Shown: positions 19,315-27,561, counted from the first letter of the stretch. The stretch: DNA of 32,000 nt from Candidatus Electrothrix sp. GW3-4 (GCF_037902255.1 NZ_CP147990.1:2310001-2342000), one strand, 5' to 3'. Numbers and translations are program-made. Notes: generated from the sequence alone by a model not told the origin.

Positions 19315-19551
19315 AAAAACTGTATCACATCTATAGAAGACAGCGAAGAAATAAAAATAACTTTCAACATCGGCATTGCCGAGTTCAAAGCACATGAAAA
19401 ACTCGACAGCTGGATCAGGCGAACCCATAGCGCCTTAGATAAAGCAAAATCATGCGGACAAAATTGTATCTGCAAAGATATCTGGTCGTCCAGTAAAAGT
19501 AAAAAAAGCTCACCGACAAGTTCTCAGAAACAGTCCACACAGCCTAACTAA
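19315..19551 (+). pseudogene. Detached 3' fragment of the diguanylate cyclase gene (end of the degenerate GGDEF domain)
   Basis: KNCITSIEDSEEIKITFNIGIAEFKAHEKLDSWIRRTHSALDKAKSCGQNCI is colinear with domain 1 (RRCLEKNSYPEGVKITLSIGVAEFKPDANLDLWIQRADKALYKAKLSGRNRI). It is in frame with 15573-17447 once the IS and one duplication copy are removed. Residues 19219-19314 of the track ORF are IS-derived. Confidence 0.85.
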
Positions 19552-19601
19552 TTATAAATACTATTAATATTATTTATACACCGTTCAGCAGAGGAAAAGT
19601 A

Positions 19602-20531
19602 ATGTTGTTTATCAGATTCTATCGTATTGTTTTGGCGTTTACCCTCATCACCTGTACACTTTTCCTCGACTCAGCATCAGCCAATGAAAAAACCATTGCC
19701 TTTGCCCAGGATACTATGGCCAATGATTTCCGCAAAGCGCAGGTTTTTGAGGTGCGAGATGCCATTGCCAAGCATCAGGAACTGAAATTTACCTATTCAA
19801 ACGCCAGAGGGCAGACGTCTCTCTTGATTCGGCAGATAGAAAAGTTTATCGCAGCCAAGGTCAATATCCTCATCGTGGGCACCAATGATGCAGATGCTGT
19901 TGTCCCGGTCATTACAAAGGCCCATAAGCAGGACATTCCTGTCATCATCCTCGATCGGGGCATTAACGGCACAGAGTACACGACCTTTATCAATTCAGAC
20001 AATATTGCAATCGGGACGATGGGGGCGAGATATATTGCCAAACGTCTCAACGGCAAAGGGGTTGTCCTGCTATTTGAAGGGCTGCAGAAGGCGGATGTGA
20101 CCCAGCTACGCAGCAAGGGTTTTCTCGATGCCATCAGCCAACATAAAGAAATCCAAGTGCTCAAGCGGACCGGCAATTATCTTCGCAAAGATGCGATTCA
20201 TGCAATGGAGAAACTTATTGCGGCAGGTATTCATATCGATGCGATCTTTTCCGAAAGCGACAGTATGCTCAGCGGGGTGCGTTCAGCCCTGCATCGTCAC
20301 GGGATAGACCCAAAAAAGATTATTATGATAGGCTGTGATTATACCTCTGAGGCTCAGGAAGCAATTCGCAAAGGTAGCCAAACCGGTTCCATCCTTTTTC
20401 CCTTGGGCGGCCTGCAGACCGCTCAAACCGCACTCAAGATCCTGCGCGGAGAAAAGGTACCCAAACATATTTCTATTCCGGTCAAATTGGTGACGCAGAA
20501 AAATATTGACGAGATAGCTCCGATTTTCTAG
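19602..20531 (+). CDS. Periplasmic sugar-type solute-binding protein (RbsB/Peripla_BP family), orphan
   Basis: Signal peptide ...LFLDSASA/NE, followed by the type I periplasmic binding-protein pattern (ILIVGTNDADAVVPVITKAHKQDIPVIILDRG, GVVLLFEG, IDAIFSESDSM). No ABC permease or ATPase gene is adjacent. Confidence 0.8.
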   Translation: MLFIRFYRIVLAFTLITCTLFLDSASANEKTIAFAQDTMANDFRKAQVFEVRDAIAKHQELKFTYSNARGQTSLLIRQIEKFIAAKVNILIVGTNDADAVVPVITKAHKQDIPVIILDRGINGTEYTTFINSDNIAIGTMGARYIAKRLNGKGVVLLFEGLQKADVTQLRSKGFLDAISQHKEIQVLKRTGNYLRKDAIHAMEKLIAAGIHIDAIFSESDSMLSGVRSALHRHGIDPKKIIMIGCDYTSEAQEAIRKGSQTGSILFPLGGLQTAQTALKILRGEKVPKHISIPVKLVTQKNIDEIAPIF

Positions 20532-20685
20532 CCTGATGAAATCTCTTGATTTGCTCTGTGCATCATTGTCACCGTTCGCTGCGATCCCAATGTATTTCTG
20601 CTCACCCTCCCTGGCTGGAATACTCTGCTTTCTTTTGCAAAAAGAGGCCCTTGATTGTACAGAGGCGAGGATCTAACAGCGCAAG

Positions 20686-23229
20686 ATGGCAAAGCAATAC
20701 TTTTTTTTTCTCCAGAAGTTCAGAGAGGTGAACCTCTCCAGCAAACTCTCTCTGCTGGTTATCATCGGTGTTTTTGCCTCAGTGAGCGTACTGGGCTGTT
20801 ATTTTGACTCCTTTCTGCAGGAAACCTTTCTCGAAGAGGCGAAAAATCGTATACTGTACGGATTTCAACGACTGTCCACTGACCTGGGAACAACAACAGA
20901 GGAACTTAAAGAAGGGGTCTTCTTTGTTCAGACGGACGAAAATTTCTTGGCCTCAGTGGAGTTGATCAATAATTATCAGGAGAAAACGCAGTACAACGCC
21001 ATTCTTCTTGATGAAGAAAAAAAAATTATTGTTCAACAGCTCCTTAACCGGGTCAAGCTGTCCCTTAATCACTTCATTGCACTTTATGATAACCATGAAG
21101 AACTGATTGCCTTTATTGAACATAGGCCAGATGGATACCATCTTCATTTCATCTCATACGAGACAGGGAATAAAATATTATATAGTCGACATGAAAATGA
21201 TCCCCACTTTACCAGATCGCCCTTCCCTAAATCGTTACCTGTAACGTTCCGACACCAGGTCTATTACTCTAAAGAAGCAAAACACGGCGCTATCACCTAC
21301 CATATATATAAGGGGAAGGTGCTTGTCACCTCTCATCTCAGCATCTTTGATGATGAGCAGGGAAGTATTCTCATGCATATTGAAATGTCCCATCTCTTTG
21401 ATGATGAGTATTTCAAAAAAATTTCCGACGATCTTGGCCTGATCGTCAGGTATAGTGCAGAGGAAAAAAATGCATCCCATGCCCATCTCCTCACAACAAT
21501 ACATGATGTCAGCGACCTCCATGTCCAACAAGGAGAAAGGGCCTATTTCAGCACAGCACGAATCAATATTACCTCAGGAGAAAGCTACAATACGGCCTCT
21601 TTTTACTACCATATTGCCCTCAATAAGGAAAAATTACTGACGACCTTAGCAAAAAACAGACGGCAATTGTTGCTCATTATCATCGTGGTCACGCTCGTGG
21701 TTCTGATCACGTTACGCGTCATCTTTTTTAAGACCCTTATCTCTCCTCTTGATCTGTTGATGGAGCAGATTCACAAAATTGAAAAACAACATTACGAGCC
21801 ATCTGCACTTGTTCGGACCGGAGATGAGCTGGAGGAAATATCAAAAAATATCAATCAGCTTGCAGGAGCAGTTCAAGACCGGGAGCGAGCTCTCCTGGCG
21901 TCTCAGAAACAGCTTGAGTTCCTCTCCCTTCATGACCCACTAACAGCCCTACCAAATAGAAGATTATTTAACAAACGCCTGCAGCAGGCGATCAGGAGGG
22001 CCCGCCGCAACTGCTCGCAGCTGGCAATATTATTTCTTGATCTTGATGAATTCAAACAGGTGAACGATAGCCTGGGCCACAATATCGGCGATCAGCTCCT
22101 TATAGAGATAGCCTTACGCATGACCGAAACCCGGGAATTTGAACCTCTTATAACCGCACGACTCGGTGGAGATGAATTCACGATCCTTATTGAGGAGAGC
22201 AGCGGAAAGAGTGATATTGCGGCAGCAGCTGAACAGCTTCTGAAGCTCTTTCGCACACCGTTTACCTGCTCCGAGTATGAATTGAGTACAACAGCCAGCA
22301 TCGGTATAGCGGTCTTTCCTGACGACGGGGAAGACATCGTGACTTTGATCAAGCATGCTGATATGGCAATGTATCAGGCCAAGGAAACGGGACGCAATAA
22401 TTATAGTTTCTTTTCTGCAATGCTTGCTGCCGACGTCAAAAACCGCATTGATCGGGTCAATGCCCTGAAACAAGCAGTGCACAATTTTGATGAATTTCAC
22501 CTGCTTTATCAGCCGAAAGTATGCTTACGCACTGGCAAGGTGGAAAGCATGGAAGCCTTGGTGCGCTGGCAAAGCCCTTTGCTGGGCTTTGTGATGCCTG
22601 ATCAGTTTATTCGTTTGGCCGAGGAAACCAACCTCATCATTCCGCTGGGTGAGTGGATTATTGAACGGGCCTTTCACGATTTTATGCGTTTCCAGCAACA
22701 GGGCTCTCCGGCAAAAAAAATATGCGTTAACATTTCTGGAGTGCAGCTGCTGCAGAGCGATATCGTTTCTACCGTCCAACGGGCCATCACTCGTACCGGT
22801 ATTCGACCAGAGCAAATTGAATTGGAGATAACAGAGGGTTCTCTGGCTACCAAGGAAATAAAAGCCCTGCAGGCCTTGGCTTGTTTCCGGGAGATGCGTA
22901 TCGACCTTGCCATAGACGATTTCGGTACTGGCTATTCCTCAATGAGTTATCTCCAGCAACTCCCGGTCACCCGCTTAAAAATCGATAAGTCCTTTATAGA
23001 TAACCTGCCCGATTCAACAGAAAGCGGCGCTATTGTGCAGGCAATTATCGCCTTGGCCAGGACCTTTCATCTCCATATCACTGCGGAAGGGGTGGAAACG
23101 GCAGAACAGTTGAACTTCCTTAAAAAACTGGGGTGCGATGAGATACAAGGGTATTTTTACGCTAAGCCGCTCTCTGACAAAGAATTTCTGACATTTTCTT
23201 CCACATTCACTGCGCCAGCTCTCCCCTGA
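20686..23229 (+). CDS. Membrane GGDEF-EAL protein with a periplasmic domain of about 290 aa and a HAMP-like linker
   Basis: TM1 is at about residues 21-37, followed by the periplasmic region and TM2 (LLLIIIVVTLVVLITL). The GGDEF domain has RLGGDEF. The EAL domain has EALVRW, EETNLIIPLGEW, ELEITE, DDFGTGYSS, KIDKSF, EGVET and QGYFYAKP, so all the usual catalytic motifs are present. Confidence 0.9.
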   Translation: MAKQYFFFLQKFREVNLSSKLSLLVIIGVFASVSVLGCYFDSFLQETFLEEAKNRILYGFQRLSTDLGTTTEELKEGVFFVQTDENFLASVELINNYQEKTQYNAILLDEEKKIIVQQLLNRVKLSLNHFIALYDNHEELIAFIEHRPDGYHLHFISYETGNKILYSRHENDPHFTRSPFPKSLPVTFRHQVYYSKEAKHGAITYHIYKGKVLVTSHLSIFDDEQGSILMHIEMSHLFDDEYFKKISDDLGLIVRYSAEEKNASHAHLLTTIHDVSDLHVQQGERAYFSTARINITSGESYNTASFYYHIALNKEKLLTTLAKNRRQLLLIIIVVTLVVLITLRVIFFKTLISPLDLLMEQIHKIEKQHYEPSALVRTGDELEEISKNINQLAGAVQDRERALLASQKQLEFLSLHDPLTALPNRRLFNKRLQQAIRRARRNCSQLAILFLDLDEFKQVNDSLGHNIGDQLLIEIALRMTETREFEPLITARLGGDEFTILIEESSGKSDIAAAAEQLLKLFRTPFTCSEYELSTTASIGIAVFPDDGEDIVTLIKHADMAMYQAKETGRNNYSFFSAMLAADVKNRIDRVNALKQAVHNFDEFHLLYQPKVCLRTGKVESMEALVRWQSPLLGFVMPDQFIRLAEETNLIIPLGEWIIERAFHDFMRFQQQGSPAKKICVNISGVQLLQSDIVSTVQRAITRTGIRPEQIELEITEGSLATKEIKALQALACFREMRIDLAIDDFGTGYSSMSYLQQLPVTRLKIDKSFIDNLPDSTESGAIVQAIIALARTFHLHITAEGVETAEQLNFLKKLGCDEIQGYFYAKPLSDKEFLTFSSTFTAPALP

Positions 23230-24733
23230 TTTTACCAATTTTTTCTAAGGCAGCTACCATGCTCCTCCGCAATTGCTCGACCCTTTTTAAAAGATACGGC
23301 TCTGTTACGGCATGATGCATATCTTTCATCAGCAATAAGGTGCCGAAATTGCTGACCTCAACCTTGTCTGTAAGCAAATTATGGATTGGCAATTCAATCC
23401 TGAGCAAGGATTCTTTGGGGCCTGGAGATACCTTGTCTTTTTCTCCTGCTCCCCAACTAAACCTGCGCCGCGAACATCCGGTGGTCACAGCAGCCTGCTG
23501 CTCAATAAAATGAAATTCCGCGTAATCAAATTCAAGCATCTCTAAGGAGATACATACCGCCTCCCAGAGCATCTCAGGATCAGAGGCAGAGGCAATCCGA
23601 CGCTGATGCTGGAGAAAAAGACGCCGTTGGATACTGATTCCAGTCTCATCAGTGAGATCGCGGGCCCAGGATGCAATATTATGAATATTGAACAACCTGG
23701 AGTCACTAAGATAACGAAGTAAACCGATCAGGCCGATTCCAAGGACAAAAAGAATCAGAGCCGAAGTAGCATTCTGGGCATGAACAAGGAGTATGGAGGC
23801 AATCCCCAGTAAGACCGTCAGGACATAGAGGGTCAAGACGGCCCGCCGATGGGTAAAGCCGAGTTTAACGAGGCGATGATGAATATGTTTGTTATCCGGC
23901 TGAAACATACCCTGTCCATTGATGAATCGCCGGATTGGGGCCCATAAGGTATCCATCAACGGTACCCCAAGGGCAATAACCGGAATCAGCATGGCTGTGG
24001 CCACCTGCCCCTTGATCGTCCCTTCGATACTGAGGGCAGCCAGACAATAGCCAAGAAAATAACTGCCGCTGTCCCCCATAAAAATAGAGGCTGGATGAAA
24101 ATTATAGTGCAGAAAACCGATTAAGGCACCAGCTAAGGCGGCAAAAGCCAGGGCTGATGCGAGCCGTCCGTTCACCAAGCAGACAAAAAGCATGGAGAGC
24201 GAGACAAAAAGACAGATCCCTGCGGCAAGGCCATCCAGCCCATCAATGAGGTTAATGGCGTTAATAACAAGAAGAAACCAAAAAACCGTGAGCGGCAGAG
24301 AAAGAAAACCAATGGAAACGTCTGCCCCAAATGGGGTTGTGACGGCAGTAATTCGAACCCCGCAAGAATAGACAATGAGAACGACAAGCAGCTGCCCCAA
24401 TATCTTGAACCAAAAACTGAGTTCTCGGATATCATCAAGAAGTCCGAGGAGAAAGATAAGCCCTGCTCCGGCAACAAAACAAAGAATATTCTTGTCAGCA
24501 AAAAGATTCTGAGCTGCCGGGCTACCGCTACGAAACACCAGCAGGAAAAGAAACGGAAGAAAAAAACTGCTAAAAAGGGCAATTCCTCCGATCCGAGGGA
24601 TTTTTCTGCTGTGCATCTTGCGAGCAGATGGTGCATCCGTCAAATCGAAACGCAGAGCTAACTGACGAACAACAGGAGTTAAAACCAACGAAATCAGGCA
24701 GGCTGCAACAAAAACAAACAGGATAGTGATCAT
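23207..24733 (-). CDS. Polyprenyl-phosphate HexNAc-1-phosphate transferase (WecA/MraY GT4 family) with an extra C-terminal cytoplasmic domain of about 165 aa
   Basis: DAPSARKMHSRKIPRIGG, LLDD, NAINLIDGLDGLAAG, FMGDSGSYFLG and PDNKHIHHRL are family signatures over residues 1-340. Residues 343-508 are non-membrane and unrecognised. The 3' end overlaps the GGDEF-EAL gene by 23 nt (convergent). Confidence 0.85.
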   Translation of the reverse strand: MITILFVFVAACLISLVLTPVVRQLALRFDLTDAPSARKMHSRKIPRIGGIALFSSFFLPFLFLLVFRSGSPAAQNLFADKNILCFVAGAGLIFLLGLLDDIRELSFWFKILGQLLVVLIVYSCGVRITAVTTPFGADVSIGFLSLPLTVFWFLLVINAINLIDGLDGLAAGICLFVSLSMLFVCLVNGRLASALAFAALAGALIGFLHYNFHPASIFMGDSGSYFLGYCLAALSIEGTIKGQVATAMLIPVIALGVPLMDTLWAPIRRFINGQGMFQPDNKHIHHRLVKLGFTHRRAVLTLYVLTVLLGIASILLVHAQNATSALILFVLGIGLIGLLRYLSDSRLFNIHNIASWARDLTDETGISIQRRLFLQHQRRIASASDPEMLWEAVCISLEMLEFDYAEFHFIEQQAAVTTGCSRRRFSWGAGEKDKVSPGPKESLLRIELPIHNLLTDKVEVSNFGTLLLMKDMHHAVTEPYLLKRVEQLRRSMVAALEKIGKIRGELAQ

Positions 24734-24962
24734 TCAGATCGACTTGCTTATGTAAAATTTGTTCATTGATCAGCTGCCCCAAACTGCACGGCCCTCTCCT
24801 GGCACGACGTAATCCCGGCAGAGAGGGGTTGCACTCGCTCTCCATCGTGGTTCCTCTTAGAGAGATAAAGTATTTTTTCCAGCCACAGGGCGAGAAAGAA
24901 TCAGCCGAGGGGCTCTCCCAAGACTGCGCCAATAAGCGCAGGAGTTGCTCGTGATCTACAGC

Positions 24963-26015
24963 CTAAAATGACACTGAAACCATTTCACCAACGGTAATAA
25001 TTCCTCGGACCATTTCCAAACTCTTGGCACTCTCCACAGCCTCAGCAAAGGTATCCAAGGTAAAGCGATGGGAGATCAGGTCAGAGACGATGATCGCTTC
25101 CTCCTTGATCAATTGCAGACATTTTTTAAAATCAGCTGGTGTAGAGGCATAGGTCCCAGTCAGGGTAATTTCCTGATGATGAAGCCAACGGGGATCTATT
25201 TTTACCTCCGTATCAGGAGCAGCGCCAAATATATTGCACACCCCGCCCCTGGCAACCAGTTTCAGAGAGTCCTCAATAACATCGGGAATACCAATGGAAA
25301 TAATAACCACATCTGCTCCCCGGCCCTCAGTAATACGCATCACCTCATCATGGAGATTACCCGATGCCGAGTTAACCAAATGATCTGCCCCCATTTGCCC
25401 GGCCATGGCTAAGCGCATATCAACAATATCGGCAACAATCACCTCGCAACCAGACCATTTTGCCGTCTTCAGGTGCATCAAGCCCATCGAACCACCGCCG
25501 ATAATCAGCACTGTTTGCCCCTCTTTTATTCTATTTGCCCGGGCTGCGGCAAAGGTACAGGAAAGGGGTTCGACCATTACGGCATCTTCAAAGGATATCT
25601 CATCGCCAAGCTGTATCAGCCCGCCAACATCAATGATTTCTTTCGGTATCCGTACATACTCAGCAAAGGCGCCATCCAGGCCATGTCCAATCCCCAAGGA
25701 TTTCTCGCAAAGATTATAACGTTTCTGGCGACAGTAATGGCATTTTCCGCACACAGCCATGGGATAGACAGCAACCGGATCACCTACGGAAAATCCCTGG
25801 ACTCCATCTCCGATTTCACTGATTTCACCAGATATGTCATGACCAAGAACAGCGGGAAGATCTCCCGTTAACCCTTCGCCAAGCATGGTCTTCACATCTT
25901 TTCCGCAAATTCCAGCAACTTTTGTTGCAACAACAACTTCACCTGGACCGGCTACCGGATCAGCATAATCTTCAATACGGATATCATCGGCACCGTAAAC
26001 AACAGCAGCTTTCAT
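24963..26015 (-). CDS. Zinc-dependent medium-chain alcohol/polyol dehydrogenase (threonine/sorbitol dehydrogenase-like)
   Basis: GICGKD, GHDISGEISEIG, structural zinc loop CGKCHYCRQKRYNLC, and Rossmann VLIIGGGSMG. Confidence 0.85.
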   Translation of the reverse strand: MKAAVVYGADDIRIEDYADPVAGPGEVVVATKVAGICGKDVKTMLGEGLTGDLPAVLGHDISGEISEIGDGVQGFSVGDPVAVYPMAVCGKCHYCRQKRYNLCEKSLGIGHGLDGAFAEYVRIPKEIIDVGGLIQLGDEISFEDAVMVEPLSCTFAAARANRIKEGQTVLIIGGGSMGLMHLKTAKWSGCEVIVADIVDMRLAMAGQMGADHLVNSASGNLHDEVMRITEGRGADVVIISIGIPDVIEDSLKLVARGGVCNIFGAAPDTEVKIDPRWLHHQEITLTGTYASTPADFKKCLQLIKEEAIIVSDLISHRFTLDTFAEAVESAKSLEMVRGIITVGEMVSVSF

Positions 26016-26349
26016 AATAAACGGTTAAGGTTGAGGGTTTAGAAGGAAAGAGACATATCTCTCACTGCCAAAATGCAACAGAAAAAAATAAAAAGCGCAG
26101 AGGGCCACTGACGAAAACCGAGACCTTAGGCATTAAGCATTAGTTAGGCATTAGCTTGAGAATGCACATAAAAAAAGGCAGCACTCCAAGCGGTATCAAT
26201 CACTCTTACTCAAGATATAACCAAAACCAGCCGGAAATTCAACAGGAATAGAGCAAAACCTTCATGAGGGGAAAAACGAAAGAGAGAATCAAGACAAAAA
26301 CGTTCCAGCAGTATCGTATCTGAAGCGTCCTGCTTGCAAGAAACAAGAA

Positions 26350-26381
26350 AGGCGTTTCAGAAAATTCTTCCTGAAACGCCT
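26350..26381 (-). terminator. Rho-independent terminator downstream of tRNA-His
   Basis: 11-bp perfect stem (AGGCGTTTCAG 26350-26360 with CTGAAACGCCT 26371-26381). On the minus strand it is followed by TTTCTTGTTT. Confidence 0.7.
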
Positions 26382-26390
26382 TATATATCA

Positions 26391-26468
26391 TGGGGTGAGC
26401 GATGGGACTTGAACCCACGACCTCCGAGGCCACAACCCGGTGCTACCACCAGCTGAGCTACGCTCACC
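26391..26468 (-). tRNA. tRNA-His (anticodon GUG) with encoded G-1 and encoded CCA
   Basis: The reverse complement reads G-GTGAGCG-TA-GCTCAGCTGGTGGTAGCA-CCGGG-TTGTGGC-CTCGG-AGGTC-GTGGG-TTCAAGT-CCCAT-CGCTCAC-C-CCA. It has a 7-bp acceptor stem, a 5-bp anticodon stem with a loop carrying GTG, and a TPsiC arm. The extra 5' G opposite discriminator C is typical of tRNA-His, and the sequence resembles E. coli tRNA-His closely. Confidence 0.93.
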
Positions 26469-26492
26469 ACAATCAAATCTGTTGTGCGAGGT

Positions 26493-26521
26493 TATATACC
26501 CTTTCAGAATCATTTTGGCAA
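26493..26521 (-). promoter_or_regulatory. Candidate sigma70 promoter of tRNA-His
   Basis: On the minus strand: TTGCCA (26516-26521), a 17-nt spacer, then TATATA (26493-26498), about 25 nt upstream of the tRNA 5' end. Confidence 0.5.
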
Positions 26522-26536
26522 GAAGAAAGTCACATC

Positions 26537-27190
26537 TCACTCAAGTTCTTTGCTACAATGTTTGCATATTTTGGCCCGAGCCTTGATCAGCTCGGCGCAG
26601 TAGGGGCACTCACGCAAAAAATGGTTAGCCAGGATTTTATTAATGGCCATATTGATATCCTGCTCCAGCTGGGTATCCTGGAAATTATGATTCCGCAGTA
26701 CCTCAATACAGGAGAGATCATCAAGCTTGGGCAACAAGGCAGCAGCCCGCTTGCGATCATCAATGTTGGCGGCATTATCCGTGAGCAGAAAAAGCACTGG
26801 CCCCAGATCATTGGCCTCAACACAGGTATCCAGCTTGGCAACAGCTTCTTGTTCTGTTTTATAGCGGGCATTCTGCCGTTTCAGGGTCTCTACATCAACA
26901 ATACTGCCGGTAAACGCCGACTTACCGGCAACCATCATATTATAGCTTTCCTTGCTATTGGGGATCTCCATATAACGATATGAGCCCACATGGCCGTATT
27001 GATTTTCAATATACTCCCAGCCCTTGGTGAACAGAGAGCATTCATTGTTCAGGCAGATAAACAGGAACTCAGAGCCCCAGCCAAGACCATCGCCGACATG
27101 CATGGGCGGAGCATGGCAGAGGGTCAATTCTGTCTTACAGTGAGGGCAGGTATGTTTTTCTTCAAGATAGGCAAGTGCTCGTTCCAGCAT
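26537..27190 (-). CDS. Hypothetical protein with N- and C-terminal zinc-ribbon motifs
   Basis: N-terminal CPHCKTELTLCH...CLNNEC and C-terminal CPYCAELIKARAKICKHC. The central helical segment RKRAAALLPKLDDLSCIEVLRNH is HEAT-like. RBS GGAG 7 nt before the ATG. The overlapping plus-strand ORF 26402-26983 starts inside the tRNA gene and is rejected. Confidence 0.65.
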   Translation of the reverse strand: MLERALAYLEEKHTCPHCKTELTLCHAPPMHVGDGLGWGSEFLFICLNNECSLFTKGWEYIENQYGHVGSYRYMEIPNSKESYNMMVAGKSAFTGSIVDVETLKRQNARYKTEQEAVAKLDTCVEANDLGPVLFLLTDNAANIDDRKRAAALLPKLDDLSCIEVLRNHNFQDTQLEQDINMAINKILANHFLRECPYCAELIKARAKICKHCSKELE

Positions 27191-27319
27191 ATGTTCACTC
27201 CAATGTGAGATAGTAAGTAATAACTACAGAGTATCATTGACCACTTATTGCCCAATTACAGACAAAGAAGCAGGCAGTTTATGTGGCACCCCGCTGAACT
27301 GCGGGTTCTGTTGCTTATG

Positions 27320-27418
27320 TCAGGAGAGGCCTGTTCCGTTGAATACACGAAAAAGCAGCAGAGGAGCAAGGCCAACCCAAACAAGAAACAGCAAGGTATC
27401 CAGCGTACACTTCTTCAT
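27320..27418 (-). CDS. Candidate 32-aa hydrophobic micro-ORF (MKKCTLDTLLFLVWVGLAPLLLFRVFNGTGLS)
   Basis: Hand-translated, and below the track size cut-off. The ATG lies about 17 nt downstream of the predicted transcription start of the promoter at 27442-27470, preceded by a purine-rich GAGAAAAAAGAG. The peptide has a single predicted TM-like helix. There is no conservation evidence. Confidence 0.3.
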   Translation of the reverse strand: MKKCTLDTLLFLVWVGLAPLLLFRVFNGTGLS

Positions 27419-27441
27419 TGCTCTTTTTTCTCTGTATCAAA

Positions 27442-27470
27442 ATTATACGCTATGTCATCCTAACAGACAA
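27442..27470 (-). promoter_or_regulatory. Near-consensus sigma70 promoter (TTGTCT-N17-TATAAT) facing the micro-ORF and zinc-ribbon gene
   Basis: The complement of 27465-27470 is TTGTCT and the complement of 27442-27447 is TATAAT, with exactly 17 nt between them. Confidence 0.55.
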
Positions 27471-27561
27471 ACAGCTTCTCATACCGCTGGTAAACTAAGC
27501 ATGAAGCGCCCCTGCGTCAACAGCGATATCATCTTCTGACAGAGACCTTCTTTCTCAGTTG

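Noticed and set aside
15573-23229. Apparent AT-richness of the c-di-GMP block as evidence of horizontal acquisition
   Set aside because: Spot counts on single 60-nt lines gave 21/60 GC at 21001, but 28/60 at 22081 and 31/60 at 19921, against 39/60 at 6481 in fba. The variation is too great to support a claim without a proper sliding-window calculation.
23207-23707. PilZ-like motifs in the WecA C-terminal extension (QRRLFLQHQRR, CSRRRF and EVSNFG resembling RxxxR and D/NxSxxG)
   Set aside because: The first element is about 80 aa from the second, against the usual 20-30 aa. The nearer RRRF lacks the second Arg, and the D/N position is Glu. This is too weak to call, so it is left only as something a c-di-GMP binding assay would settle.
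26350-26468. tRNA-His as an integration site for a genomic island
   Set aside because: I saw no second copy of the tRNA 3' end (for example gatgggacttgaaccc) elsewhere in the window, and no integrase gene adjacent to it.
27290-27316. Plus-strand terminator-like hairpin (CCCGC-N6-GCGGG followed by TTCTGTTGCTT)
   Set aside because: No plus-strand gene or convincing plus-strand promoter precedes it. On the minus strand it lacks a U-tract. It is kept only as a note within the micro-ORF finding.
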